A stretch of 64,000 bases of DNA from Octopus sinensis (taxonomy: Eukaryota). Shown piece by piece: positions 26,359-38,399 of the stretch; the first letter of the stretch is position 1, and the number at the start of each line of letters is the position of its first letter. The position numbers were made by a program, and so were the translations under genes. The stretch is taken from NCBI RefSeq assembly GCF_006345805.1, contig NC_043000.1, forward strand, positions 139,748,001-139,812,000. The letters are read 5' to 3'. Below the pieces are notes generated by a model. It searched no databases, was not told the origin of the DNA, and saw nothing but the letters and a program-made list of their open reading frames with translations.

Positions 26359-26864
26359 TGTTTGTTTTTTTTTTTGTTTTAATTTTTTTTTTTTTGCTTT
26401 TTTAGCATAAATTCCATCTCTTTATTTTTTTTCCATATATCACATCTAATTCAGTTACTGTACTTATACCTTAGGTCCTCTTTGAAAAAGGAAAACTTTT
26501 TTCCTTTCTTCACACTTTCAGTGCAATTATATTAGCTTGTAACTATTTTCCATTAAGTATTTTTGTAAACCTACAGTAGCTATTTGATAATAACTTCCTA
26601 ATCATCCTTTACTTTCTTGGAACCATGGTAATTATACTCTCCAAATATCAGCTTCTGAGTGATTCACTTTAAATTCTATTAATTATTCCCTTTGTTTTTC
26701 TGTATGTTCTCGCTAATTTAGTTAAATTTCATTTGAATGAATTATAACTGTCTTATTAGTGGAATGTTAAAGTTTTCATACTTGTTATGTGCTTATCTCT
26801 GATTTCTATAGCATTAATTAGATGAGAAATAAATCTTCCCCGCCTTCTGCTCCAAATAAGATAG

Positions 26865-26915
26865 TGTACTACTGAAGATAGCTTTCCCATAGGAGTAATT
26901 GAAACTGGTATTACA
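26865..26915 (+). ncRNA. Degenerate type I hammerhead motif
   Basis: CTGAAGA T-AGCTTTCC-CATA-GGAGTAAT-T GAAA CTG GTA, with AATAAA just downstream. The core is intact but stems I and II are eroded. Confidence 0.5.
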
Positions 26916-27150
26916 AGCTAATAAATGACTTGTAAATTTCCAAACTACTGTCATTGCCTAGACCAAAAACAAATACACCCTCCCATTGTAATGCTCCTTG
27001 ATAGTTAAGTATATGAAACCATTGAGATTTAAGTGTTTGTATTACAAACCAATGAACAATTATCTATGTAGTTAGTTGATACAATAAATAGCAACTAAAT
27101 CTCATTCAAATATACCCAACGATCATCCAACAGAAAAAAAGGAGGGGGAT

Positions 27151-27543
27151 TCTTTTATTCTTTTATTTGTTTCAGTCATTTGACTGCGGCCATGCTGGAG
27201 CACTGCCTCTAGTCGAGCAAATCGATCCCAGGACTTATTCTCTTTGTAAGCCTAGTACTTATTCTATCGGTCTCTCTCTTGCCGAACTGCTAAGTTATGT
27301 AAGGGACGTAAACACACCAGCATCGGTTGTCAAGCGATGTTGGGGGGACAAACACAGACACACAAACATATACATACACATATATATACATATATACAAT
27401 GGGCTTCTTTCAGTTTCCGTCTACCAAATCCACTCACAAGGCTTTGGTCGGCCTGAGGCTATAGTAGAAGACACTTTCCCAAAGTGCCCCGCAGTGGGAC
27501 TGAACCCAGAACCATGTGGTTAATAAGCAAGCTACTTACACCT
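27151..27543 (-). mobile_element. SINE family B
   Basis: Same structure as 24771-25168, with a shortened head. Confidence 0.9.
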
Positions 27544-28802
27544 ATGATGTAGAGGATGCATTGAATAATCTAGTTCTAAACATATATTTTGTTTAGAAAC
27601 AGATATGATGGTTATACATGGAGTTATTTTGATTACAGGTTTGCAAAAGTACGTTTGATATACAAGAAAACAGACATGAACTGCAGGACCTTTGTTTTCT
27701 TTTTTTGATTCTGTTAAATTTGTTCATATTTTCCTTTAGTAAAACTTTTGACATTTCATTTTGTTTTAAATATGTGTCTGGTACATATATAATATTTCTT
27801 TTAGGGACTTGCTCATTGGATAGGTAAGAGGAACAGCATCAACCAAGATGAAAATTGTGAATATTTATCATTAAGCACAAAAAGTATATAATTTCTAATC
27901 ACATAATATGGGTTATATATTATTTATATAATTTCTTATTATATGATGATGTGTGTGTGTGTATCTTTTACTTGTTTCAGTCATTTGACTGTGGCCATGC
28001 CGGGGTTTTGCCTTGTAGATACATATAGTTTTTAGCTCCAATCAACATAAAAAATGTACTCCATCCAGTGAAAAATAAATATCAGTTTCATACACAACCG
28101 AAAGAGCTGCAAATAAATTCATGATTTTATGATCCTTGAACAAGCATATTTATAAAATACACCTTAAAGCTCCAAGCAATCTTTCAGGTCCTGCTTATGT
28201 GTTATATATATTTTGAAAAAACAAGGATGCTGGAGAGTGGGAAAATAAGAAAAACGTTGGGAAAATATGAAAAAGACATAAAATCAAGAAAACTAAGATA
28301 TTCATCCTCCCTGTTTGCAGAAAGCCCATTAGATACAATTTGTATAGAACAAAATAATAGAAAATATGTCAAAATCTGCGAGACAACAACTCAATCCAGC
28401 ACAAGTGGTGTCCTGCAATTCGATTAAAGAAACTTGTCCATGTGTTTACCCCTGCTAAAAATTTCGGATCTGGAATTAAGCAGTGTGTTCGAATTACTGG
28501 ATCAAATAAGATGCATAAAGAGAGCTTGAGAGATTGCTTGGAACTGCAAGGTGTATATGCCAGTCCAAGTATCATAAAAGCCTGAAACTATTAGTAGCTC
28601 TTTCAGTTGTGTGTTAATTTGATACCTATATATGTGTGTATGTGAGTATATATGTATACATGATGATTGCTTCATCTAGACAAATAATAGCCATCTCATC
28701 AACACACCCCATCGCACATCACAATCATTCTGTTGAGGAGCCCTCAGATGACTTATAAGACTGGCTGTTTACAGACAGGGTTTAAAACATAAGAGACAGA
28801 TA

Positions 28803-29030
28803 TTATTCAAGCTTCTTTCGCTCTCCATTTACCTTAAACGCAATCACCCTTCTCAGAACATGCTCTTCATCCCGCCTCAACACATGTCCATACCATCTCA
28901 ATCCATTCGCCCTTGCTATCCATTCCACTGATTCCTCAAATTCCAGCACTCCCAACAAATCATTACTCCTCCTTTTATCAAACAGCTTCACCCCACACAT
29001 TTCTCTCACCATTGCTATCACAGTCCTTCT
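28803..29030 (-). mobile_element. RTE LINE 3' coding fragment
   Basis: MVREMCGVKLFDKRRSNDL...NGLRWYGHVLRRDEEHVLRR matches the RTE C-terminal LRW.GHV.R motif. Confidence 0.85.
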
Positions 29031-29031
29031 C

Positions 29032-29067
<36 letters not shown>

Positions 29068-29163
29068 AAGACAAAATAGAGTGAAAAAAATATTATGTAA
29101 ATAGTAGATACACATATTTGTAAATTTTATTCAGCTTTAATTGCCTGTATATATTTGTGTGTT

Positions 29164-29198
<35 letters not shown>

Positions 29199-31131
29199 AT
29201 AGAAATATGTGTATCTCCTAAGCTGTGTATATAACAGAATTAGTGTTAGCAGAAAAGTGTCGCACACAACTCTTTAGACCCATAATTCTGCTAGTAAAAT
29301 TTTAAGCAAAAGTACTTTCAAAGAAGTTAGCACTTGTCAGCAAACTTCTGCGCTCTTAGATCTGTTGATCACAATTACCAATTGATGATAAATCCCTTTT
29401 CCAGTGCCAATGCCACATTCCACTTGTGCTAATTCCACATAGACAGCAACCACAAAATAACACACCTGCCAACACCAGGTAGAAGTACTTATGCTGGTGC
29501 CCAATATGCTCTGTAAAGTGGCTGGCATTAAGAAGAGCATCCAACCATAAAAGCTAAAGCAAATCAGACTGGAACCTGATGATGATGATTTGCTTTGAGT
29601 TCAAATAATTTAGGAAGCTGCCAAGTGGGCCACAACTAGAAATAATGGTCAAATGTCCCTTATGTCAGTTATTGTTCACTTAACAACATGAACATCTTAT
29701 TGGGTAATGTATTCTTAGATAAATTATTGAAAGAAATGCGAGATGGTCACTACTAGAATAAAATTTACATGTTTCTTGAACCATGACTGACCACAAGTTA
29801 AATAGCAACATGTTTTGATTTGTTGTGAATTAATTAAATTTGCAAAGCTGATTTGTCATTGTGAAACATATCTTAAAACACACAATAGTATATATTTTGA
29901 TAATAAATCATTGTTAATTAATCTTTGCATTCTTTTCTGAAAGAAAAATAATTTTATAAACAGTTAAATATCTGGACTTAAGTAAATGCATATATATAAC
30001 AGACAGGATTATTGAAGCCAAAGATATGCTAATCTGAATTAACAAAAAAATGAAGCAAATATAAGCTATTAGACTGATCTTAAGTCATGTCACATTAAAA
30101 TACATTTAAAAAACATTTAAGTTTATAATTTACCAAACATAAGGGTTTAAATCTTTCTCATTAACAAAACATGTTTAGAAATCATTACATTTGTCTTAGA
30201 AAGTAAATTTGGGAGATATATGCAAAAACTCTTTTTTATTACTGTTTGAATAATAATTGGCTGTTATCTTTTTCCTTTGTTAATAATATAATGGATATTT
30301 TGTTAATCTTTGTTACTGGTTTTGAGTTTTTGATATAATCAATTTTTTCGTGGGTTGATATTCTTGTTAGTAGAATTAGTATTGTTAATGTAAAAGACTT
30401 GGTTTTATTCAAATTAATTTCATATTGGTCAACTGTCTTTCTTTCTATGGAGAAAAGACAGTAAAAGATTAAGAAACACTAAGAAACAATAACTATACAA
30501 ACACAACGAGGATTTTAAAAACAGGATAAATTTATTGAAAAAGTAACCAATAAAATATTATTTTTATCCCAACTGTTTGATTCTGTGCTGATGGCTTTTC
30601 TCTTATTCTGTAGAAGGGAATATTTTCATTATAGTTTTATACCACAATTCAAACAATTTGATGTATTAATCCTTGTTAATTGGTTCTTAGGAGATTATGA
30701 AGATTAAGGCTTTTATTTGTCATGTTACCTTTCATTTTGAATGTGTTGAGACTGAAATATTAAATATTATTGCCCATTTTAAATAAAAATTGCAGATAAT
30801 GAACTTGTACGAAAAAAAAAAAATAGCAACAATGAAAAAGACAAATCAAATACAATACTTTTATACTTCCGTTTTGGCTTGCTTTTGTTACATTTTTTTT
30901 TAATGTCTAAGTAGACACAAAAGTGAGATCTGTTTATTTCTTTGAAAACTACAAGTGGAATATAGTTCTTGAAATGTTTGGCAGAAAAATATTCCAAATT
31001 TATATCAAATAATATGAATGTACTATTCAGTATAAATCTTGATTTATATGTGTGTGTGTATATGTATATATATATATCTATATATATATATACACACAGA
31101 GGGGATGGAGAAAGATCAACATATATATGCG

Positions 31132-31187
<56 letters not shown>

Positions 31188-31616
31188 TGTGTATGTGTGT
31201 GTGTGTATGAGTCTATGCATGTATTTATGTATTTATTCATTTGTGAATACATATATATAATGGACATTTATAAAATAATCATTGCGATTGTTTAACTTCT
31301 AGTATGACAGTAATTCTCAGAAGACTTAATTTCTGTTGATGTAGAAACACTTAAGAGAAAACAAGAACTTGCCAATCTTAATGATGTAACAAGGAACTCT
31401 GGGTTATATATAAATAAACATAAACAAAACAAGACAATGACAACAGCAACAACAACAACAAAAATAGCAATAACGATGAATCAGACATAAATATGAAATC
31501 TTTCTTGCAAACAAATCCTCAAAAATTTGTAGGGAAATATATAAAGAAAAGGAGATGGAGTGGAAAATGAAAATATGCATTTGTTTAAATGTAAATATAA
31601 ATATGTATGTCTATAT

Positions 31617-31652
<36 letters not shown>

Positions 31653-33249
31653 TTAAATAAACACAAACTAAATAAACAATTGATATTGGAAATAAAAATA
31701 AAACAAATGAACATGCTGGGGAGTTAATGGTATTGAAGTATTATAATGTGTTGCTAAGTAAATATGGCAATAACAACTACAACAACAACAACAACAACAA
31801 CAATAACAACAAGAATAATAATAACAAGAATAAAATTGACTTTGAATGTGAAGATTTTTGCGTAGTGGTAAAGTGGTATCTGTTATTAAATACGGAAAAA
31901 GTTGTAAAAATTGTAATCATATATTCATGTTGTGTTCTTTTCTTATTGCCTTTCTGAACTTCAATATATACATAACACAAACGATGATGGTTTTGATGAT
32001 GTTAAGTAGGTGGATGATGACGACTACGATGACGACGACGACGACGATGATGATGATGAAGAGGAGGAGGAGAAGAAGGACGCTGCTGATGACGATGATG
32101 ATGATGACAGAGAGAATGTTGACTGTGGTGGTTTCTCTGTTAATGAGGATTATGACGAAGAGTATTCATGAATTCCATAGTAATATACCACCAGGAAAAT
32201 GCATACAAGTAGATGGAGGATATGCTTATTTTCAGCACCAAAGAATCCCTGTTTCTTGGGCCAGCCAGGGAGCAGAGAGCTTCTTTGTGGTCACTCAATA
32301 TTGGTAGAGATGTTATCCTAATTTTCTTCAAGTCATACTTTATTATTATCTCAATAAAAAGAAAAGTACATTAGTTGAAAGTCCCAGATGCACTTTGAAG
32401 AAAGACAACATTATCCTGGCTAAAACACTTTTGATCATTGGTCTGCTCAAACTTAGCTATACTGTGACTAAATGATAATTCAAATTTGTCTGACTTATGC
32501 ATATACACGTGATGTTGAGGAGCATTATATTAGGGAATCTATTTGCAGCGACATTGAAGTCAATAAAGAAAGCCATAGGACTATATGTAGTTGCCCAACT
32601 ACCTTCTCATAGCGGCTAAATCTCTTTCATATGATACTTGGCCAGCTTAAGGCTACATTGGATATACATGAATTGGGAACTTGATATCAAAGAACCACAC
32701 AAAATGTGAGAATTTGTTTCATGAGACAAATGTGAGAAGGCTGAATTCAAATGACCAGGAAATTAATGCACAAAATGCTACAAAGACCATAAATTCGGAA
32801 TGCTTGAAAAAAATTAAACCTCTAAATACCAAGTGTTTATGTTTGACATAATTGAAATCCAAATTTGTATAAAATTGAAAATTAACTTTTGTAGTTATCT
32901 CAGAATGCTTCTATAAAATTAAAATCTTAGAACTTATCAGTTCCTCAAATACAAAAGTAGATTGTGATTTTTTTTATTTTAGTGAATTTTTGTGAAATAT
33001 TTGTATTGGTTGAAATGATCGATCCACATATTGCTGAATAATCAACACCTGAAGCTGGTTTGAAAAACATTTGAAAATTACTATCTTTTACTTTTTTCCT
33101 TTCTAGATCACTACTTTGTCATTTTGGGAAATTTTGTCACCCAAACCTATTTTCTTCTTCCTTTTTGAAGTTGGCATTTATTTAATTTAATTTAATTTAA
33201 GGTATCCAATTTTATGCTCTGGAGCTTGTTTTGATCACAAAATCTAATT

Positions 33250-33790
33250 TGCTGATTTTCTTGGAAAAGTTTAAACATACCTTTATTCTATACTTCACAG
33301 ACTCAAATTAAGGACCAACTATTATTTGAAGTGTCACAACAATAATCTTTCAATACAAGAGAAACTTTAATAGTTTCTCTACTTTTGTGCAGTTTCTTGT
33401 TTTGAACTCTTATTTGAGCAACTAAATATCCTGCCTCTTGAGTTGTATTTCGTGTTTTCAATTTTTTGGAGAAAACTGCTGATTACTTCTTTTTAAATTT
33501 TGAAATCTCTTTGAAGTATTCAAAGTGATTTCCCAATGAAAGATATCTGGAGTTAAAAGGGTGCTTCAAGTTATTCAGCATCATACTTTTATTTGCAAGT
33601 ATAGCATTGCAAATGCAAGTAGACATGGATTTCTTTTGTTAAAAGAAAATGTAAAACCCAGTTTCTTATAACCTTCAAGGATCAATAAATTTTCCTGTAC
33701 ATTCCTTATCCACTTATGCGGAAACTTCACTATCAAGTTCTTGATTAATTTTATCTGTTCACACTACATTCTGTTGATTTTTCAGTAACC
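33250..33790 (-). pseudogene. Decayed hAT (Buster/Charlie-like) transposase; may extend down to ~32150
   Basis: Minus strand reads KSMSTCICNAILANKSMMLNNLKHPF...FEYFK...TQEAGYLVA, resembling the Buster N-terminal P.C.IC..L.N.SM.P..L.RH and A.EASY.VA motifs. Confidence 0.45.
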
Positions 33791-34550
33791 TTCAACAGCT
33801 TTTCTTTTGATTAATTTAAAATTTATCCATTTTACCAAGTACAGAATTAATGAATAAAGAATTAAATAATACATAATATGTGTCTAATTGTAAGTAGAGT
33901 TGTCAGATCTTAAATATACTTCACAGCCAAATATTTGTAGAAGTTGATCAGATTTCACTTAATTCACAAAACACCTAGAGATTAAACAGTGACACTGTGA
34001 AGTGTCATAACACTGTCTGAAAATCTCAGATCTTACATACATATATCTATCCTTACAGGCAAAGGCAGAAGTATTTGGCTCTCAACAAAAAAATAAAAAC
34101 AAAAAAAAAGAGAAAAAGAAAAATAGAAGAAATAGAAAGAAAATACCATTTCATATAATCATGAAGTGAAAAAAAAAACAACTATACGAGAAAATATTGT
34201 TCTCTTTTAATATGATGAGTCAAGAAGATTTTCTGACGTCTGGTAGCTATTGTGCTGTTATGCTGTTTTACTCTTAGACCAGTAACCAAAGGTGAAGTTG
34301 GATAATGCAAATATTATTATAGGTAATAACATACAGCTAATTATTTACCCTGGGTTTTCAGGCTCTGTCCTTCTTTATAAGCTATTTTTGATTTAAGGTT
34401 TTCTCAGATTTTTATAACATGATATACCACAATTTGCTATTGCATGCAACAGGTTATTGAAACAAACAAAGCCATTTTCAAATGTGTATCTATCAAACTA
34501 ATTGTATATTTTTGCTTATAATCTTATTTTTGTTCCATTCTCAGCAAAAT

Positions 34551-34680
34551 TGCCTGACGAACGGAATATGAAACTCTGAGTAACAGTTTTTGTGATATAT
34601 TTGCTGCTTTTAATAAAGCATATTACTCTACCTCTGGTATTCGAGTACTATTTTTACACATCTTTTACATTTATGTACTT
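34551..34680 (+). mobile_element. PLE pLTR family P1 copy with hammerhead motif (34551-34586)
   Basis: TGC CTGACGA ACGGAATAT GAAA CTCTGAG TA ACAG. The core is intact and stem II is decayed. Followed by AATAAAGCATATTACTCTACC as in the other P1 copies. Confidence 0.7.
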
Positions 34681-34744
34681 ACTGCAGTATATATACATTT
34701 ATATACGTGTATGTATGTATGCATAAATGTTTGAGCATCAATCT

Positions 34745-36030
34745 GAGGTCAGTGCAATCTGAGGACATATACCAAGAGGGAAAAATATCAAACATCCAGT
34801 CAACCTCACAGTGCTTGGAATGATCACTAATGATGTGAAACCCCTCACTTCTCAGGTACAAACGTAGAGTCATTAGACGAACAAGAAGCTCCTCCAACAC
34901 CAACCTTTCTGGGCTTCTTCGGTTTCCCCTTCCAAAAATGGTGCATACACCTCCTACTTCCTTAAGCTCACCATCACCTTCTACATGAGTCTCTGGAAGT
35001 GCAGCTATATCAGTGTTATAATTGTTCACCTTGCAAGTAAGAAGTGCAGTGCATCTTTCAGGTCTACAGTCACTCTTGTTATCCAACACTGCACACATTC
35101 CAGTGTGAATACTTTTATAAGTATTCTCTTTGCTTTTCAAGCACAGATGAACGTCTGTCAGCCACACTAAACTGACCAGATAAAGACAGGTAATTTTTGG
35201 TTCACCTTTTCTAGAAATTCCCCAGCCTCCAGGTGACCTGTCCTCTCCCTAAATGGAGATGCTCAGATACCCATGCAGCAATGGAATCCCATCACTGTCT
35301 TAGGCGACAAAGAGATGACTTTATATCTAACATGGACTGTCTATGTGCAGGTCACTGACTGTATGCTTCTAATACATCAGTTCTGCATGTTTCACCATTT
35401 TCCCATCACTGCAGGACTTCTGAATAAAATATATATAAATATATATCTAAACAAAAAAAAGAAAGAAAAGGAGAAGTAATGCACAAGTAAAGGAAACGTC
35501 AGCAATAACTGTGCAAAGTTTTAAGCCCAATAATGCTTGCACGAAACCTCATATGCCCTCTCCACTCTACTGACATTATCTAGAGACAAGTGGAGGTAAG
35601 ATGTCTGGTGCGAATATGAGTTTCAGGCTCAGGAATGTGGGAGTCCCATGGTCTCAAGCATTAGCAAAAGATCCCCAAAATGTCCAATGCCATTCCCTAC
35701 ATATCTGGTTTTATATCAGAGTAGCCTTCTCCTAGAAAACGCTTCAACAAGAGCTATGGGGTGCCTCACTCTCAGTGGTCTTCTAGCATGCCAGACACCA
35801 GCCCGGAATTTCTGCATGCCCGTTCTATTGCTGGATAGTTGTCGAACCTGCACTAGGTTCATCTGGCCTTTTAACAGGTCTTACTTTTAGTCCTGTTGGG
35901 TTTCTAGCAACCCTCCTCACCAGGGTAGCCTGGTGGGGGTGTCGGTTTAATTACCAACAATCTGAATATGCGACAGGTTGTACTGGATTCCATGTTACCA
36001 GTAGCAATCATGAGAACCTCACAAATGACC
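34745..36030 (-). mobile_element. RTE LINE 5' part (putative UTR plus AP-endonuclease N-terminus)
   Basis: LDNKSDCRPERCTALL...YNTDIAALPETHVEGDGELKEVGG...RLMTLRL matches the RTE APE N-terminus (RPERRTAL, DIAALSET, ERLMTLRL). The UTR extent is approximate. Confidence 0.8.
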
Positions 36031-36243
36031 TGACACACACACACAGATATGTATATATATACATACTTACATATATATACACACACATACATACTTACAC
36101 ACACACACATTCACACACACATACACACACGCATATATATATATTGAAATTGTATGGATAATACCGTACTCAATTCTGGTGCCTCAACTTAAATACCATA
36201 TTCATCTGAATTTATCTATCTATCAATCTATCTCCCTCTCTCG

Positions 36244-36296
<53 letters not shown>

Positions 36297-36929
36297 AATG
36301 AGGGGCTTCAACACATTTTCCACTAATCAAATTCACTCACAAGGCATTGGTTGGCCTGTGACCATAACGTAGATCAAAATTCTCAAGGTGCTGTCAAGTG
36401 GGACTGAACCCAAAATTACATGGTTATGAGGCAAACTTCATTATCACATAGTCAAGACATGATGCAAATTCAGCCGTAGACGATAACCCGTTTTACATTA
36501 GATAAAAATCCCATGGATGGAAAAAAGGCGGAAAACTGCATCCTCTTCAAGATACATCGTAAATAAAGACTCATCTACATATCTCTCAATTCCTCTGTAT
36601 TTGCCTTCTAAATGCAAACAAAGTTTCTCGCTGATAAGATTACAGCTTTAATTTGATGGGTGATTGATAGAAGGGTTTTAGAATAATTTGTGTCATGTCA
36701 GCCTGTATTGCAGGAGATGAATAGTTCATGTCCTGCAGGTAGCTTTCTGTTTTCTTTTCCTTCTTTTTGTTTTTCTTTTCCATCCAAGGGGATTTTAACC
36801 CTATGTATTAACGTTGTTATCTATAGCTCACGTTTCATAAATTCTTATTGTTAATATGACGTTCCACTTGGTAACCGTTAATATTTTCCGTTATTTGGAC
36901 ATTCTCAAAGTGGTGAGCTGGCAGAATTG

Positions 36930-37245
36930 TTAACCACTACGCCATATGCCTGTGGGCAATTATGGAGCGAATTTGTAGGGCTTATAAATCTAATAGGAAA
37001 ATATTAGGTTTATAAGCTCTAAAAAAATTCACTCCATAATTGACCACGGGCATATGGCGCAGTGGTTAAGATTGCTAACCCCAAGATTCCAAGTTCGATT
37101 CCAGGCAGTGACGCGAATAATAATAATAATTATAACAACATCGAAAAATGAGAACCCAGGTTCGAAATTTCCCCAAGACACCTAATGAAGGCTGGGGGGG
37201 GGGGTATATCAGCCGAAAGGCTGTGTAAACAATAAATAATGTAAA
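36930..37245 (+). mobile_element. Short element with tRNA-type A/B boxes and a 3' hammerhead-like motif; 5' part duplicated as a hairpin
   Basis: A box TGGCGCAGTGG (37055-65) and B box GTTCGATTCC (37093-102). Then ACAC CTAATGA A GGCTG..CAGCC GAAA GGCT GTGT (37178-37226). Inverted arms 36930-36995 and 37002-37069. Confidence 0.65.
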
Positions 37246-37593
37246 TAATTATGAAACGATGTATTTTAACTGTGTATCACCTCCGTCACTCTGACAAACA
37301 CGCTCGCCACACTGACAAAGCGCTGGACTACACTGAAGTAATACCCATTAAAAGTGTTGGACTATATCCGAATAAGTACATATTGGACTATATCCGATTA
37401 AGTACACATCACAAACACGCAAGTACGTAAACTAATTCATTACGTATTCCCCCTAGTTTTACATGAACCCATTGTGATATTTCAAAATAACATTATGTAA
37501 TGTAGAAAAAGCGCACACGCACATATGCGAATCGAATAAAAACAAACGACAAAGACTAATCATAATTGATGACAAAAGCAATAAACAGACATA

Positions 37594-37628
<35 letters not shown>

Positions 37629-37820
37629 GTAGGTCCCGGGTTGAGTCGGAGTTAACCACAGTAAATAAGGTACTCAATACATAGCAGAGTAAATTAATTT
37701 ATTTTATAGAAGGAGCTTCTACAGGACTAGAACTGTTTCATTCAAATGAAATTATCAGGAAATCATCGGCTTCCTGATGATTTCATTTGAATGAAACAGT
37801 TCTAGTCCTGTAGAAGCTCC

Positions 37821-37827
<7 letters not shown>
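37629..37827. mobile_element. PLE pLTR family P2 fold-back with two opposed hammerheads
   Basis: 57-bp arms 37705-37761 and 37771-37827. Homologous to 14086-14296. Confidence 0.85.
37768..37818 (+). ncRNA. Type I hammerhead ribozyme (family P2, intact core; GUA site)
   Basis: GCTTC CTGATGA T-TTC-ATTT-GAA-T GAAA CAG TTCTAGTC CTG TA GAAGC. The opposite-strand arm reads CTGATAA (a G8A lesion). Confidence 0.8.
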
Positions 37828-37897
<70 letters not shown>

Positions 37898-37927
37898 AAA
37901 AAAGGAGATGTCGAACACGAGTGGTGA

Positions 37928-38150
37928 TATATAAAAAAGGAAATGGAGAAAATGCTGACAAATAATTGAAGTAATTTAAGTAATTTAATTAGGTGAAAGT
38001 TCTTTTTACCGGTTGCGCATTTGTTATGCTTCTTTTATATTTTGATAAGCATAACAAATGCGCAACGGGTAAAAAGAACTTTCACCGAATTAAATTACTT
38101 AAATTACTTCAATTATTTGTCAGCATTTTCTTCATTTCCTTTTTTATATA
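37928..38150. repeat. Long palindrome with 104-bp arms (37928-38031 and 38047-38150)
   Basis: Near-perfect inverted repeat with a 15-nt spacer. Contains a hammerhead-like skeleton GCAT-AACAA-ATGC GCAA CCGGTA. Confidence 0.9.
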
Positions 38151-38154
38151 TATA

Positions 38155-38167
38155 TATATATAGATAA

Positions 38168-38221
<54 letters not shown>

Positions 38222-38257
38222 TGATAGATAGATAGATAGATAGATAGACAGATAGAC

Positions 38258-38302
<45 letters not shown>

Positions 38303-38303
38303 C

Positions 38304-38386
<83 letters not shown>

Positions 38387-38390
38387 TACA
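38155..38390. repeat. (GATA)n microsatellite
   Basis: Direct reading. Confidence 0.95.
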
Positions 38391-38399
38391 TACACATAC

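Noticed and set aside
32150-32800. Plus-strand reading resembling an RTE endonuclease or Harbinger transposase (IPPGKCIQVDGGY)
   Set aside because: The similarity is weak and a minus-strand continuation of the neighbouring hAT relic is equally plausible. It cannot be resolved by eye.
35960-36030. Possible HDV-like ribozyme at the RTE 5' end
   Set aside because: Only a tentative P1 pairing is visible; P3/L3, P1.1 and the catalytic C could not be assigned.
37050-37110. tRNA gene
   Set aside because: A and B boxes are present but there is no cloverleaf (no acceptor stem, shortened anticodon arm). Treated as a tRNA-derived SINE head, as are the heads of families A, B and D.
38041-38076. Hammerhead-like skeleton in the 104-bp palindrome
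   Set aside because: The core reads TTGATAA...GCAA (three invariant positions altered). Kept only as a hint of origin, not called a ribozyme.
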